Source: an uncultured Gammaproteobacteria bacterium (GTDB lineage: Bacteria; Patescibacteriota; Patescibacteriia; SG8-24). Taken from it: 56,643 bases of DNA. The stretch spans positions 13,903 through 70,545 of the forward strand of contig CAZAOV010000005.1 in assembly GCA_964486995.1 (NCBI GenBank), read 5' to 3'. Of this stretch, positions 32,782-44,231 are shown piece by piece. The notes beneath the pieces are model-generated. The model was not told the origin of the DNA and made no database searches. It worked only from the letters and a program-made list of their open reading frames with translations. Position 1 is the first letter of the stretch. Each line of letters begins with the position of its first letter. The position numbers and the translations under genes are program-made.

Positions 32782-32854
32782 ATGCTGTAATGCGCGCGAA
32801 TAGGAGTGATAAGCGTGTCCCCACCACCTATCTCAAACTAAAATACCACATTAT
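32782..32854 (+). promoter_or_regulatory. Copy D of the recurrent pre-ATG leader element
   Basis: atgctgtaatgcgcgcg (32782-32798) is identical to 5828-5844. gtgtccccaccacctatctcaaactaaaataccacattat then ATG. Confidence 0.7.
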
Positions 32855-33286
32855 ATGAGGTACTCAGCCAATGAATATGCTCGGGCGCTGTACGAGGTGA
32901 TTCGCGATAAGAGCGACAGCGAGTCCGAGCAGACAATCAACAAATTTTTATCCGACATGAAGGATCGCGGCCAGATGGCTCTACTGCCAGAAATACTCAA
33001 GGAGATGCCCGATGCAATAAAAGCCACCGAAGGAATAGAAGATGTTCTAATCGAAACCGCATACGACATCGATGATCAGACAGTATCGGCGGCGCTAAGA
33101 GCGCTTGGAAAGAATGAGTCTGAAGTGGAAGTTACGACAGCGAAAAATCCGGAGTTACTTGGAGGTATTAAAGTTAAGGGTCGTGACACGGTCATGGATG
33201 CGTCACTGAAAGGACGGTTAAATATGTTGCGCGAAGCATTCGCCCGTCCAGCTGATTCACGTCTTGGCACAGACGCCAATACATAA
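32855..33286 (+). CDS. atpH: F1 ATP synthase subunit delta (OSCP), short form
   Basis: YARALYEV..., LLGGIKVKGRDTVMDASLKGRL is the C-terminal delta motif. Its operon position supports the call. Confidence 0.85.
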   Translation: MRYSANEYARALYEVIRDKSDSESEQTINKFLSDMKDRGQMALLPEILKEMPDAIKATEGIEDVLIETAYDIDDQTVSAALRALGKNESEVEVTTAKNPELLGGIKVKGRDTVMDASLKGRLNMLREAFARPADSRLGTDANT

Positions 33287-33328
33287 CCCGCATGAAGACA
33301 GGCCATTCGTAGCTATAGCGGAGGCAGC

Positions 33329-33367
33329 CTGTCTGAGCCACCTATTTCAATTAAAAAACTATATATT
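33329..33367 (+). promoter_or_regulatory. Copy E of the recurrent pre-ATG leader element
   Basis: ctgtctgagccacctatttcaattaaaaaactatatatt then ATG. It shares the gagccacctat core. Confidence 0.6.
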
Positions 33368-34921
33368 ATGGCTACCAAAGATTTCATCTTGGAATCACTC
33401 AAAAAGCAGATTGCTGGATTGGACGTTGAATCGCAGATTCAAAAAGTCGGCACGGTAGTGGAGGTCGCGGATGGCGTGGCTCGAATGACCGGCCTGTCCG
33501 AGTGTCTATCCATGGAAATGCTCGAGTTTTCGAACGACACGTACGGTGTGGCGCTGAACGTGGAGAAAGAAACCGTCGGCGCGATGATTCTCGGCGACTA
33601 TTCGCATATTAAAGAAGGAGACGAAGTTAAGACCACCGGACGCGTGTTGTCGTTGGAGGTGAGTGACGATATGGTTGGTCGCGTCATTGATCCGCTAGGG
33701 CGCCCGATTGACGGCAGGGGTCCGATTGGCGGCAACAAGAAGGTCATGCCAATCGAGAAGATCGCACCGGGCGTGATTACTCGCAAGTCGGTTTCTGTTC
33801 CGTTGCAGACCGGCATCAAAGCGATTGACTCGATGATTCCGATTGGCCGCGGTCAACGCGAGCTAATCATTGGAGATAGACAAACCGGTAAGACCGCCAT
33901 CGCCATCGACACCATCATGAATCAGGGCGATGACATCACCTGTATCTACGTTGCAATCGGACAGAAGGAGTCCAAGGTCGCGCAGATCGTCGCCAAGCTC
34001 GAACAGGCTGGTGCCATGAAGCATACTATCGTGGTTGTGGCTGGTGCCTCTGACCCGGCTTCGCTCGCATACCTTGCTCCGTACTCCGGCACCACTGTCG
34101 GTGAGTACTTCATGGATAAGGGTGAGGATGCGCTCGTGATTCACGACGACCTTTCCAAGCACGCTTGGGCGTATCGAGAGGTGTCGCTGTTGCTGCGCCG
34201 CCCGCCAGGTCGTGAGGCTTATCCGGGCGATGTATTCTACTTGCACTCTCGTTTGCTGGAGCGTTCGGCGCGTGTTAACGATTCGCACGGTGGTGGTTCT
34301 CTGACCGCCCTGCCGGTGATTGAAACCCAGTCCGGTGACGTGTCCGCCTACATTCCGACTAACGTCATCTCCATTACCGACGGTCAGATTTATCTGGAGC
34401 CGGATCTGTTCTACCGTGGCATTCGTCCGGCGGTGAACGCCGGTCTGTCCGTATCCCGAGTAGGTTCAGCCGCGCAGGTCAAGGCCGTGAAGAAAGTCGC
34501 TGGCCAGCTCCGTCTGGACCTGGCGCAGTTCCGTGAACTCGAGGCTTTTGCTCAGTTTGCAACCGACTTGGATGAAGCGACCCGTAAGCAGCTTGATCGC
34601 GGTAAACGCGCTGTAGAAATCCTGAAACAGGATCAGTACAAGCCGCTTTCAGTACCGGCTCAGGTTTCGGTTCTATATGCACTTACACGCGGGTATCTGG
34701 ACAAAATTCCAGAAAATAGCATTAAGGAATGGGAAGAAAAGTTCCTGCGCTATATGGAAACCTCTCGCAAGGATGTCATGGACATGATCGAGAAGGAGAA
34801 GGATTTGAACGACAAGGTTGAGGATGGGTTGAAAGAGGCGATTGAGGAGTTTAATAAGACATTTACAGTCGAAGAAGTTGCGGGAGAAGAGACTGAAGAA
34901 AAGAAAGAAAATAAGGAGTAA
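33368..34921 (+). CDS. atpA: F1 ATP synthase subunit alpha
   Basis: Walker A GDRQTGKT and overall alpha-subunit sequence. Confidence 0.97.
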   Translation: MATKDFILESLKKQIAGLDVESQIQKVGTVVEVADGVARMTGLSECLSMEMLEFSNDTYGVALNVEKETVGAMILGDYSHIKEGDEVKTTGRVLSLEVSDDMVGRVIDPLGRPIDGRGPIGGNKKVMPIEKIAPGVITRKSVSVPLQTGIKAIDSMIPIGRGQRELIIGDRQTGKTAIAIDTIMNQGDDITCIYVAIGQKESKVAQIVAKLEQAGAMKHTIVVVAGASDPASLAYLAPYSGTTVGEYFMDKGEDALVIHDDLSKHAWAYREVSLLLRRPPGREAYPGDVFYLHSRLLERSARVNDSHGGGSLTALPVIETQSGDVSAYIPTNVISITDGQIYLEPDLFYRGIRPAVNAGLSVSRVGSAAQVKAVKKVAGQLRLDLAQFRELEAFAQFATDLDEATRKQLDRGKRAVEILKQDQYKPLSVPAQVSVLYALTRGYLDKIPENSIKEWEEKFLRYMETSRKDVMDMIEKEKDLNDKVEDGLKEAIEEFNKTFTVEEVAGEETEEKKENKE

Positions 34922-34927
34922 CCGCCT

Positions 34928-37337
<2,410 letters not shown>

Positions 37338-37459
37338 ACAATGAGGCCGCGTGCCCATCATTAATGCTGTCATTGAGAGCAGAAACCCGCCGAAAGTGGG
37401 GTGGAGAGTTTGCCCACGCCGCTAGGCGCCAATCCTGTTGATTAAAGACAGCCGAGATT

Positions 37460-37894
37460 ATGAAACTGACATTCGAATTAACCACCCCCGAGCGGGTAGT
37501 AGAAAAAAAAGAGGTGGATGGCGTGACCGTTCCAACACAGGAAGGGGAGATTACCGTCCTGCCAGGTCACGTGCCGCTGGTTTCAAATCTGAAGCCGGGG
37601 GTTGCCACCCTGCACGACGGGAAGAATCAGGAATACATTTCGCTGTCCGGTGGTTTCCTGGAGGTTCAACCGGACGGACGGGTGATTATACTAGCCGATA
37701 CCGCCGAACGCGCTGAGGAGCTTGACCTGGAAAAGATAGAAGCCGCCCGCGAACGAGCTCGCAAGGTGCTGGAGGAGAAGCGTGACATGGACGAGGTGGC
37801 CGCAGCAGCGGCGATGGTGGCGCTAGAGCGAGAAATCGCCCGGGAGCAGACGGCCCGCAAGTACCGCGATCTTAAGCGCAGGCCCATTTCATAG
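37460..37894 (+). CDS. atpC: F1 ATP synthase subunit epsilon
   Basis: TPERVV...VTVPTQEGEITVLPGHVPL is an epsilon N-domain motif. It is the last gene of the operon. Confidence 0.9.
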   Translation: MKLTFELTTPERVVEKKEVDGVTVPTQEGEITVLPGHVPLVSNLKPGVATLHDGKNQEYISLSGGFLEVQPDGRVIILADTAERAEELDLEKIEAARERARKVLEEKRDMDEVAAAAAMVALEREIAREQTARKYRDLKRRPIS

Positions 37895-37904
37895 TGGAAT
37901 ATAC

Positions 37905-37930
37905 AAAAGACCGCTCGTAAGCGGTTTTTT
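37905..37930 (+). terminator. Rho-independent terminator of the atp operon
   Basis: accgc-tcgtaa-gcggt followed by tttttt. Confidence 0.75.
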
Positions 37931-38112
37931 GAATTGGTCAAAATCTCGGCCGTAATGGCTACCTGAGCCCCAGTAGTTTAGGAGGCGGATAGGAACGGGC
38001 ATAATATTAATTTTAAAAAGTCGTTCATTGACCGTTTTTCTATCTGAATTGCTTAAAAACCATAAACCCGATAAGGTTTTAGCTGTTGTACTTTGATAAG
38101 GTGGGAGGGCGA

Positions 38113-38601
38113 ATGAGCAAGGTTAGGAAGTGCTTCCTGGCTCAGCCCGTAAAGGGTTATCCAAACTGGAGTCGCATCAAAATCGTAAGTTTTGACCTTG
38201 GCGTTAAGCATGACGATTATTTGTATGACGGATATCGTTACGTAACTCGCGGCGAAATGCGCATTGCGCAAATGCTCACGCGGCAAGGTATTGCGTTCAC
38301 TCCGGACGTGGAATTTCCCATGCATAAACGTGGACGAAACGGCCGCTGGCGACGGTGTGCGTTTATACCGGATTTTATCTTTAATTGCGATACGTATATC
38401 TGGACCGATCATGATGGCGAGAAGTTTGTCATCCATGGTATCGAAGCTAAATCGTCGTTAAAGATGCCGCAGAAAGTAAAAATGCTTTTTGACCGGCGTA
38501 ACATCAAGATTTTGGTGTTAAGTGATAGGGAGATAAATAAATATTTATACGGCGATGGAATACCCCTCGAGTTGCTGCGCCGCTATCGTCGGCGCAGCTA
38601 G
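38113..38601 (+). CDS. PD-(D/E)XK nuclease-fold protein (TnsA-N / DUF1064 / RecU-like)
   Basis: GGGAGGG SD. Motif series RGE...IPDFIF...IHGIEAKS fits the E-PD-ExK catalytic pattern. Confidence 0.6.
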   Translation: MSKVRKCFLAQPVKGYPNWSRIKIVSFDLGVKHDDYLYDGYRYVTRGEMRIAQMLTRQGIAFTPDVEFPMHKRGRNGRWRRCAFIPDFIFNCDTYIWTDHDGEKFVIHGIEAKSSLKMPQKVKMLFDRRNIKILVLSDREINKYLYGDGIPLELLRRYRRRS

Positions 38602-38604
38602 AAT

Positions 38605-38631
38605 AGCCTGGCTTGATAAGCCAGGCTTTAT
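38605..38631 (+). terminator. Rho-independent terminator
   Basis: agcctggctt-gat-aagccaggct hairpin. Confidence 0.7.
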
Positions 38632-38659
38632 TGACCGAAGAATCATTGTCGGTTATCAT
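38631..38659 (+). promoter_or_regulatory. Sigma70-like promoter
   Basis: TTGACC-17 nt-TATCAT. Confidence 0.6.
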
Positions 38660-38679
38660 GATAATTCCGTTGTTGGGAG

Positions 38680-39180
38680 GTGTGCTTGCCAAAACGCAAC
38701 AAGATAGACAGGCGATCCAAGAAACGACGCCGACGACCACATCATAACTATCGCGTGCCCAACTGGCATGGGGTCAAGTTCATGAGTCGGCGCAATCTAA
38801 GCGAAGTAAGCGAAGGCTGTCCTCACGAGTTCAACGGTTATTGCTACCAAACCTACGGTGAGGCAGAGGTGGCTCGCTTGCTGACGGAAATGGGGATTGA
38901 TTTTACGCCAGACGTGACTATTCCTATACCGCCAAAGGGCGGTGCAAAAAAACCGCGTAGCTACGTACCGGATTTTGTCTTCAACGGTAGCGAGTACGTC
39001 TGGACAGAGGAAGACGGCACCGAGCAAATCATTCACGGCATCGAGTGCAAGGGCGCCAACGTTAAATCGGAGAAAGCCAGGGCGCTTTACGGCAAGCGCG
39101 GCATTAACGTTATCGTCGTGTTTGAAGCCGAGATTGATTTTTATAGTCGCCGCGGCAGGCTTCCGCTGAGGCTCAGATAA
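38680..39180 (+). CDS. Paralogous PD-(D/E)XK nuclease-fold protein with a basic N-terminal segment
   Basis: YGE...VPDFVF...IHGIECKG in the same spacing as the upstream paralog. N-terminal KKRRRRPHH. The start is GTG 38680 or TTG 38686, next to GGGAGG. Confidence 0.6.
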   Translation: MCLPKRNKIDRRSKKRRRRPHHNYRVPNWHGVKFMSRRNLSEVSEGCPHEFNGYCYQTYGEAEVARLLTEMGIDFTPDVTIPIPPKGGAKKPRSYVPDFVFNGSEYVWTEEDGTEQIIHGIECKGANVKSEKARALYGKRGINVIVVFEAEIDFYSRRGRLPLRLR

Positions 39181-39208
39181 AATACCCCCGCATCTAGCGG
39201 GGGTTTTT
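39178..39208. terminator. Bidirectional terminator
   Basis: cccccgc-atcta-gcggggg with flanking A and T runs. Confidence 0.8.
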
Positions 39209-39231
39209 AATCCATTATGACGGCGGTCATT

Positions 39232-39594
39232 CTATGGGCACCGCTTGAGTAGTCTGCTGACCTCAGCCGCCACGAACGGCAGGCCGTTCATTTTGCTGAC
39301 CACCGCATCGGCTTCGTCGCATGCCGGCAACGGCACCCAGGCTGTCCATAAAATCATGGGTTGTCTGTGGCCTTCTTGACGAAGAATTTGCACTAGCTGA
39401 ATGCCGTCAATCCGGGGCATTTGGTAATCAGTGATTAGTATGTCAAATTTCAACCCGGCTCGCACCAAGTCTAATGCTTCCTGACCGTCTCCGACCTCGA
39501 TTATTTTTATGCCGTACGTACGTAAGTGGGTAGCCAGGTTACGACGCATTTTTACGTCGTCTTCGGCCAAAAGTACAATAACGTGCTTCATCAT
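39232..39594 (-). CDS. Stand-alone response-regulator receiver (CheY-like) protein
   Basis: LLAEDD acidic pocket, phospho-acceptor context ILITDYQMP and conserved T (LWTAW). No output domain and no adjacent kinase. Confidence 0.85.
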   Translation of the reverse strand: MMKHVIVLLAEDDVKMRRNLATHLRTYGIKIIEVGDGQEALDLVRAGLKFDILITDYQMPRIDGIQLVQILRQEGHRQPMILWTAWVPLPACDEADAVVSKMNGLPFVAAEVSRLLKRCP

Positions 39595-39804
39595 GATACT
39601 CCATGTCAGTTAATGCTAGGTGTACAGTGTAGGATACGCGTTGTCTTAAAGATTCACAAGCTAGCAATTCACGGCTGGGCGTAATAAAATACCCCCGTCG
39701 GATAACAATCGCCGTCATCTGGCGCCGCGATTGTATAGGTGCTTACTTTTAAAAATTCAAAATTTTTTCTCGTAAACAAATCATTTAGGATAATTAGCGC
39801 TTCC

Positions 39805-42786
39805 ATGTCAAACCACAACCTGAAAAACCAAGACTTTGAACTCACCACCGAAAATATTGTTGAGGGGCTTAACGATGCGCAAAAACAGGCGGTGACGCAT
39901 GACGCTGGACCGCAGTTAATTGTGGCTGGTGCGGGTACGGGCAAGACTATGGTGATTACGCGCCGCGTAGCTTGGCTAGTTGCCGAAAATAAAGCTAACC
40001 CCGAGGAAATATTAGCCCTGACATTTACAGATAAGTCGGCTGGTGAAATGGAAGATCGCATCGACAAGCTCATGCCGATGGGATACGTAGATCTTTGGGT
40101 AATGACTTTTCATTCATTCTGTCAGAAGATTTTACAAGAGTACGGATTGCAGTATGGACTGCCGAATGATTTTCGTCTGCTGAACGAAATCGACTCATAT
40201 TTGCTGGTGCGAAATAATTTTGATCAGTTTGATTTGGATTATTATCGACCAGCCGGCAATCCCACTAAATTTGTTCAGGAATTGCTAACGCATTTCTCAC
40301 GCGCCAAAGATGAGGTTATTACACCCGATCAATACCTGAAATTCGCTGAGGAAATTGTGATGAACAAGGACAATACCGCGGCCACCGGAGCGGAAGAGGG
40401 GACTCGGCTACAGGAATTGGCTAACGCCTACCATGTCTATCAGCGGCTACTTCTCGAAAAAGGCATGATGGATTTTGGTGACCTGAACATGCACGTCATT
40501 AAAATGCTTCGAGAACGGCCGAACATTCTCAAAGAGCTGCAAGAGCGATTCAAATACATCGTGGTAGATGAGTTTCAGGATACTAATATGGCACAGTACG
40601 AATTGGTGAAGCTGCTCGCAGGAGATAAGGCTAACATTACGGTGGTAGGTGACGACGATCAGTCGATCTACAAATTCCGCGGGGCGTCGATATCTAATAT
40701 TTTACAGTTCAAAAACGACTTCCCAAATACAGAGGAAACCGTGCTGAACATAAACTACCGGTCGCTACAGGCAATACTGGACCACTCGTATCGGTTTATT
40801 CAGCACAATAATCCGAACCGGCTGGAATCAAAAATGGGGGAGAATTCAAAGCGTTTAAGCGCGTTTCGCGACGGTAAGGGTGAAGTAACTCATCTTCATT
40901 TTGCGACACTAAAAGATGAAGTATCTGAAGTTATCGCGACGCTACTTAAAATTAAAGCTAGCCATGAGGACTTAAAGTGGAGCGACTTCTGTATTTTAGT
41001 GCGTTCACACAGCCATGCTACACCTTTCACCGCCGAGTTACAGCGTCGGGGGGTTCCGTTTCAATATTTGGCGTTAAAGGGGCTATATACCAAGCCAATC
41101 ATTTTGGATTGCATCAACTACCTAAAACTTCTCGATAATTACCACGAAAGCCCGGCATTATACCGCGTTTTGACTTCTCCTCCGTTCAGTTTACCCGGAG
41201 CAGACTTGATTGAGTTAACGCACACGGCAGAGAATCGTCACGGGGAATCATTATATGAGACCGTCAAACGGCGCAATGAATTTTCCAGCTTGTCTCCAGA
41301 AGGCTTGAGAGTGTTGGATAAGTTGATGGGTTTACTTAACGAACATTCACAAAGCGTTCGCAAAGAAGGCGTCAGCGCCACGGTAAAGCGGTTCTTGTAT
41401 GATTCCGGCTATATTGATTTCCTGATTGGTGAAGATACTGCGGAGAAGAAAGAAAACCGCGAATTGGTCAAACAGTTTCTTGACCGAATTAAGCGCTATG
41501 AGGAGATGCACGAAGATCCGAATCTGAAGCACTTTAAGCAGGAACTTGATTTGGAACGAGAATCCGGTGATTCCGGTTCTTTGGCGTTTGATCCGGACGT
41601 GGGGCCGGATATGGTTCATGTGATGACCGTACATTCCGCCAAGGGGCTCGAGTTTCCCTACGTGTTTATCGTGAATCTGGTGGCGCAGAGATTTCCGACT
41701 TCTCGCCGCGGCGGAGAAATTGAATTGCCTGACGAGATGACCAAAGAGATCGTTCCCGATGGCGATATGCACCTAGAGGAGGAGCGCCGGCTGTTTTACG
41801 TGGCGATGACGCGCGCAAAAGACGGCTTATTTTTATCGTCGGCTGAAGATTACGGCGGTAAGCGCAAAAAGAAAATCTCCAGGTTTCTGGAAGAACTCGG
41901 TTTTGATGAGCCGGAAGTTTCACCTTCATTGCGACGCATGGAGGAGCTACAAGTTGAACCTGATCAGGTACCGAAACGACCAGCCCCAACATACGCTCCG
42001 CCTACATCGTTCTCATTCTCGCAGCTCGAGGCATACTATAGGTGTCCATATCAGTATCGGTTCGCTCACGTGTTGCGGTTGCCGATTTTCGGTAAGTCAG
42101 CTATGAGTTTTGGAAAAACGATGCACGCGACACTGGAGATGTTCATGAACGAGCTGGTGGCACGAGAGGGTTCCGTGCAAGGTGGCTTATTTAGCGCAGG
42201 AGCGCAGGAGCGCAGGAGCGCAGGAGAATTTCCGATCGGTCAGGCTGAGCTTTTTGAGATGTATGAAAACTGCTGGATTGATGACTGGTATCGGAGCAAG
42301 AAAGAGAGAGAAGAGTTCTATATGTCAGGCAAGAAGATGTTGATCAAATTCTACGAGAGTGCCGTGGCGGATAGACCCAAACCATTTTTGCTAGAAAAGG
42401 ACTTCAGCATCAAAATTGGCGGGCATATGTTCCGCGGAAAAATCGATCGAATTGATATTTTGTCGGACGGCACGCATGAAATTATCGACTATAAGACAGG
42501 TCAACCCAAAGAAAAGCTATCGTCGGACGATAAGCGCCAGCTTTTGTTGTATCAGCTGGCCGCCGGTCGCGTTTTGGGTTTGAAACCGAGCAAGCTGACC
42601 TTCCAGTATCTAAAAGATGACACGCAACAATCATTTATCGGCAAGGAAAAGGACCTAGTCAAGCTAGAAGAAAACATTGAAGAAACAGTCGGGGAAATTG
42701 TTGGCGGCAACTTCAAGGCGACGCCATCAAAACACAATTGCCGCTATTGCGATTTCGCCGATATTTGTGAGTTTCGGGTAAGATAG
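39805..42786 (+). CDS. UvrD/PcrA-type helicase fused to a C-terminal RecB/Cas4-like PD-(D/E)XK nuclease (AddA-like)
   Basis: Walker A AGAGTGKT, DEFQDT and VMTVHSAKGLEF helicase motifs. The C-terminus has CPYQYRF, GKIDRID, IIDYKTG and CRYCDFADIC. Confidence 0.9.
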   Translation: MSNHNLKNQDFELTTENIVEGLNDAQKQAVTHDAGPQLIVAGAGTGKTMVITRRVAWLVAENKANPEEILALTFTDKSAGEMEDRIDKLMPMGYVDLWVMTFHSFCQKILQEYGLQYGLPNDFRLLNEIDSYLLVRNNFDQFDLDYYRPAGNPTKFVQELLTHFSRAKDEVITPDQYLKFAEEIVMNKDNTAATGAEEGTRLQELANAYHVYQRLLLEKGMMDFGDLNMHVIKMLRERPNILKELQERFKYIVVDEFQDTNMAQYELVKLLAGDKANITVVGDDDQSIYKFRGASISNILQFKNDFPNTEETVLNINYRSLQAILDHSYRFIQHNNPNRLESKMGENSKRLSAFRDGKGEVTHLHFATLKDEVSEVIATLLKIKASHEDLKWSDFCILVRSHSHATPFTAELQRRGVPFQYLALKGLYTKPIILDCINYLKLLDNYHESPALYRVLTSPPFSLPGADLIELTHTAENRHGESLYETVKRRNEFSSLSPEGLRVLDKLMGLLNEHSQSVRKEGVSATVKRFLYDSGYIDFLIGEDTAEKKENRELVKQFLDRIKRYEEMHEDPNLKHFKQELDLERESGDSGSLAFDPDVGPDMVHVMTVHSAKGLEFPYVFIVNLVAQRFPTSRRGGEIELPDEMTKEIVPDGDMHLEEERRLFYVAMTRAKDGLFLSSAEDYGGKRKKKISRFLEELGFDEPEVSPSLRRMEELQVEPDQVPKRPAPTYAPPTSFSFSQLEAYYRCPYQYRFAHVLRLPIFGKSAMSFGKTMHATLEMFMNELVAREGSVQGGLFSAGAQERRSAGEFPIGQAELFEMYENCWIDDWYRSKKEREEFYMSGKKMLIKFYESAVADRPKPFLLEKDFSIKIGGHMFRGKIDRIDILSDGTHEIIDYKTGQPKEKLSSDDKRQLLLYQLAAGRVLGLKPSKLTFQYLKDDTQQSFIGKEKDLVKLEENIEETVGEIVGGNFKATPSKHNCRYCDFADICEFRVR
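42193..42226 (+). repeat. Octamer agcgcagg x4 (plus 2 nt) inside the helicase-nuclease CDS
   Basis: Perfect tandem copies encoding SAGAQERRSAGE. The unit length is not a multiple of 3. Confidence 0.95.
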
Positions 42787-42790
42787 AAAT

Positions 42791-43081
42791 ATGATTGAAC
42801 GAATCGATAAATTAATGTCTTCGTCGAAAAAAATCGGCGGAATATCAAAGCAAATTAAGACCGCTATGATTGCGGACGTAGCATTAGGCGTGCTACAGAT
42901 AAAATTCGGCCACAACGAAAAAAAAATGCGTGTACGTCGAGTGAAGGCCGGCACGATATCGGTCACCTGTGAATGTTCGGTACTAGCTGAAGAAATACGT
43001 CTCCACGAGCCTGACCTGATTGCCGAAATTAATAATCAGCTGAAGGATCAGAAAATTGAGCGCATTGTTGCAACAACGTAG
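42791..43081 (+). CDS. DUF721/DciA-like small protein
   Basis: 96 aa. The pattern ...VKAGTISVTCECSVLAEEIRLHEPDLIAEIN resembles the DUF721 family. Confidence 0.5.
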   Translation: MIERIDKLMSSSKKIGGISKQIKTAMIADVALGVLQIKFGHNEKKMRVRRVKAGTISVTCECSVLAEEIRLHEPDLIAEINNQLKDQKIERIVATT

Positions 43082-43097
43082 CGATAAGGAGATATCA

Positions 43098-43619
43098 TTG
43101 TCCGATTTGGTCAAAAAGTTCCTTAAAGACATAGAGGTCGCGATGATTGAGCCAACTTACGCCAAGGCTCAGGAATTACGCAAAAGATTAATGCTTTCGA
43201 GTTCACTGCTAGGCGTTGATGGCTACAGGTTACTGTCGGTTGAGCTTGATAAGTTGGCGGTGATGGCCGCGATTCGTGACGCGGAAAAGTGGACCGTGCA
43301 TTATCGAGCTAGTTTGCAGGTTAGGCCGTTGAATCACAAGAAATTGTTCAAGTGTGCCCACTGGGCTCAGAACGCTTGCCAGCTAGCTCTTAAAACGCTT
43401 AGCGCCGATTTGTTGCGTATGGCGAAAAAGACAGTTTCTAGGCGCGAAGTACGCTATAAACTAAGTGTAGCCAAGCATCCGGACCTGCTCATGGCTCGCG
43501 TCGGGGAGATTCTCCGCATCCTCGACGAAGATGAAAGCCATTTCACCGAAGACGGGGCAGTTCTGATCATGCTGACCTTTATCCATCTGGGCGCGCTCGG
43601 CCAGATACACTCACGATAA
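43098..43619 (+). CDS. Hypothetical helical protein
   Basis: The ORF is tracked from TTG 43056. AAGGAG 6 nt before TTG 43098 favours the shorter form. I recognised no domain. Confidence 0.5.
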   Translation: MSDLVKKFLKDIEVAMIEPTYAKAQELRKRLMLSSSLLGVDGYRLLSVELDKLAVMAAIRDAEKWTVHYRASLQVRPLNHKKLFKCAHWAQNACQLALKTLSADLLRMAKKTVSRREVRYKLSVAKHPDLLMARVGEILRILDEDESHFTEDGAVLIMLTFIHLGALGQIHSR

Positions 43620-43623
43620 TCTA

Positions 43624-43650
43624 AAGAACTTCAAGCGAAGTTCTTTTTTT
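43624..43650 (+). terminator. Rho-independent terminator
   Basis: aagaacttc-aagc-gaagttctt followed by a T run. Confidence 0.85.
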
Positions 43651-43680
43651 GTTTCCGAACGTAGTTTATAATCATCACAT

Positions 43681-44073
43681 ATGACCATCCGCCAGTATCT
43701 ATATCTAATGCTAATCGGAACTGCGCTGTGCTGGAGTGCGTTAGCGCTAATCGTAACCATGATTGATCCAACCAGTTCGCAGATGCCAGTTTTTGTCATG
43801 TTTTATGTGAGTGCGCTTTTTGCGCTAACCGGCTCGTTTTCAATTATTGGTTTTATGTCTCGCGTTATTATCCTGAACAAGCGTCGCCAGGTATCTCGTC
43901 AGGTGGCGGTGTCGTTTCGTCAGGCAGTCATGCTGGCTGTAATAATTGTCATCGGTCTATATCTGCAAAGTAAAACCATGCTGACTTGGTGGAATGGGTT
44001 ACTGATAGTCTCTGCCCTGACCATGTTAGAGTCTTTTTTCATATCTATCGCTGTCAAGGCAAAATCATCTTGA
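43681..44073 (+). CDS. Hypothetical four-TM membrane protein
   Basis: 130 aa with four hydrophobic segments. Confidence 0.65.
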   Translation: MTIRQYLYLMLIGTALCWSALALIVTMIDPTSSQMPVFVMFYVSALFALTGSFSIIGFMSRVIILNKRRQVSRQVAVSFRQAVMLAVIIVIGLYLQSKTMLTWWNGLLIVSALTMLESFFISIAVKAKSS

Positions 44074-44160
44074 GTGCAGGAGCTCAGGAAAGCGAGAATG
44101 TAGGAGCTAACCTTCATTTATTCATGCTTTTTTAGCTTCATGCATCTTTTGAGATTACTC

Positions 44161-44188
44161 TTGTAATTTTACGGCCGTTCTATATACT
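44161..44188 (+). promoter_or_regulatory. Promoter candidate for mreB
   Basis: TTGTAA-16 nt-TATACT. Confidence 0.4.
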
Positions 44189-44231
44189 TATGTCGATTCA
44201 ATAACACTCGAAATTTTGATGAACAAAAAAG

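Noticed and set aside
42193-42226. Short tandem repeats (here, 45312-45386 and 53507-53537) as CRISPR-like arrays
   Set aside because: The units are only 7-16 nt and directly abutting, with no spacers. No cas genes are present. The Cas4-like nuclease at 8845 is an isolated PD-(D/E)XK protein.
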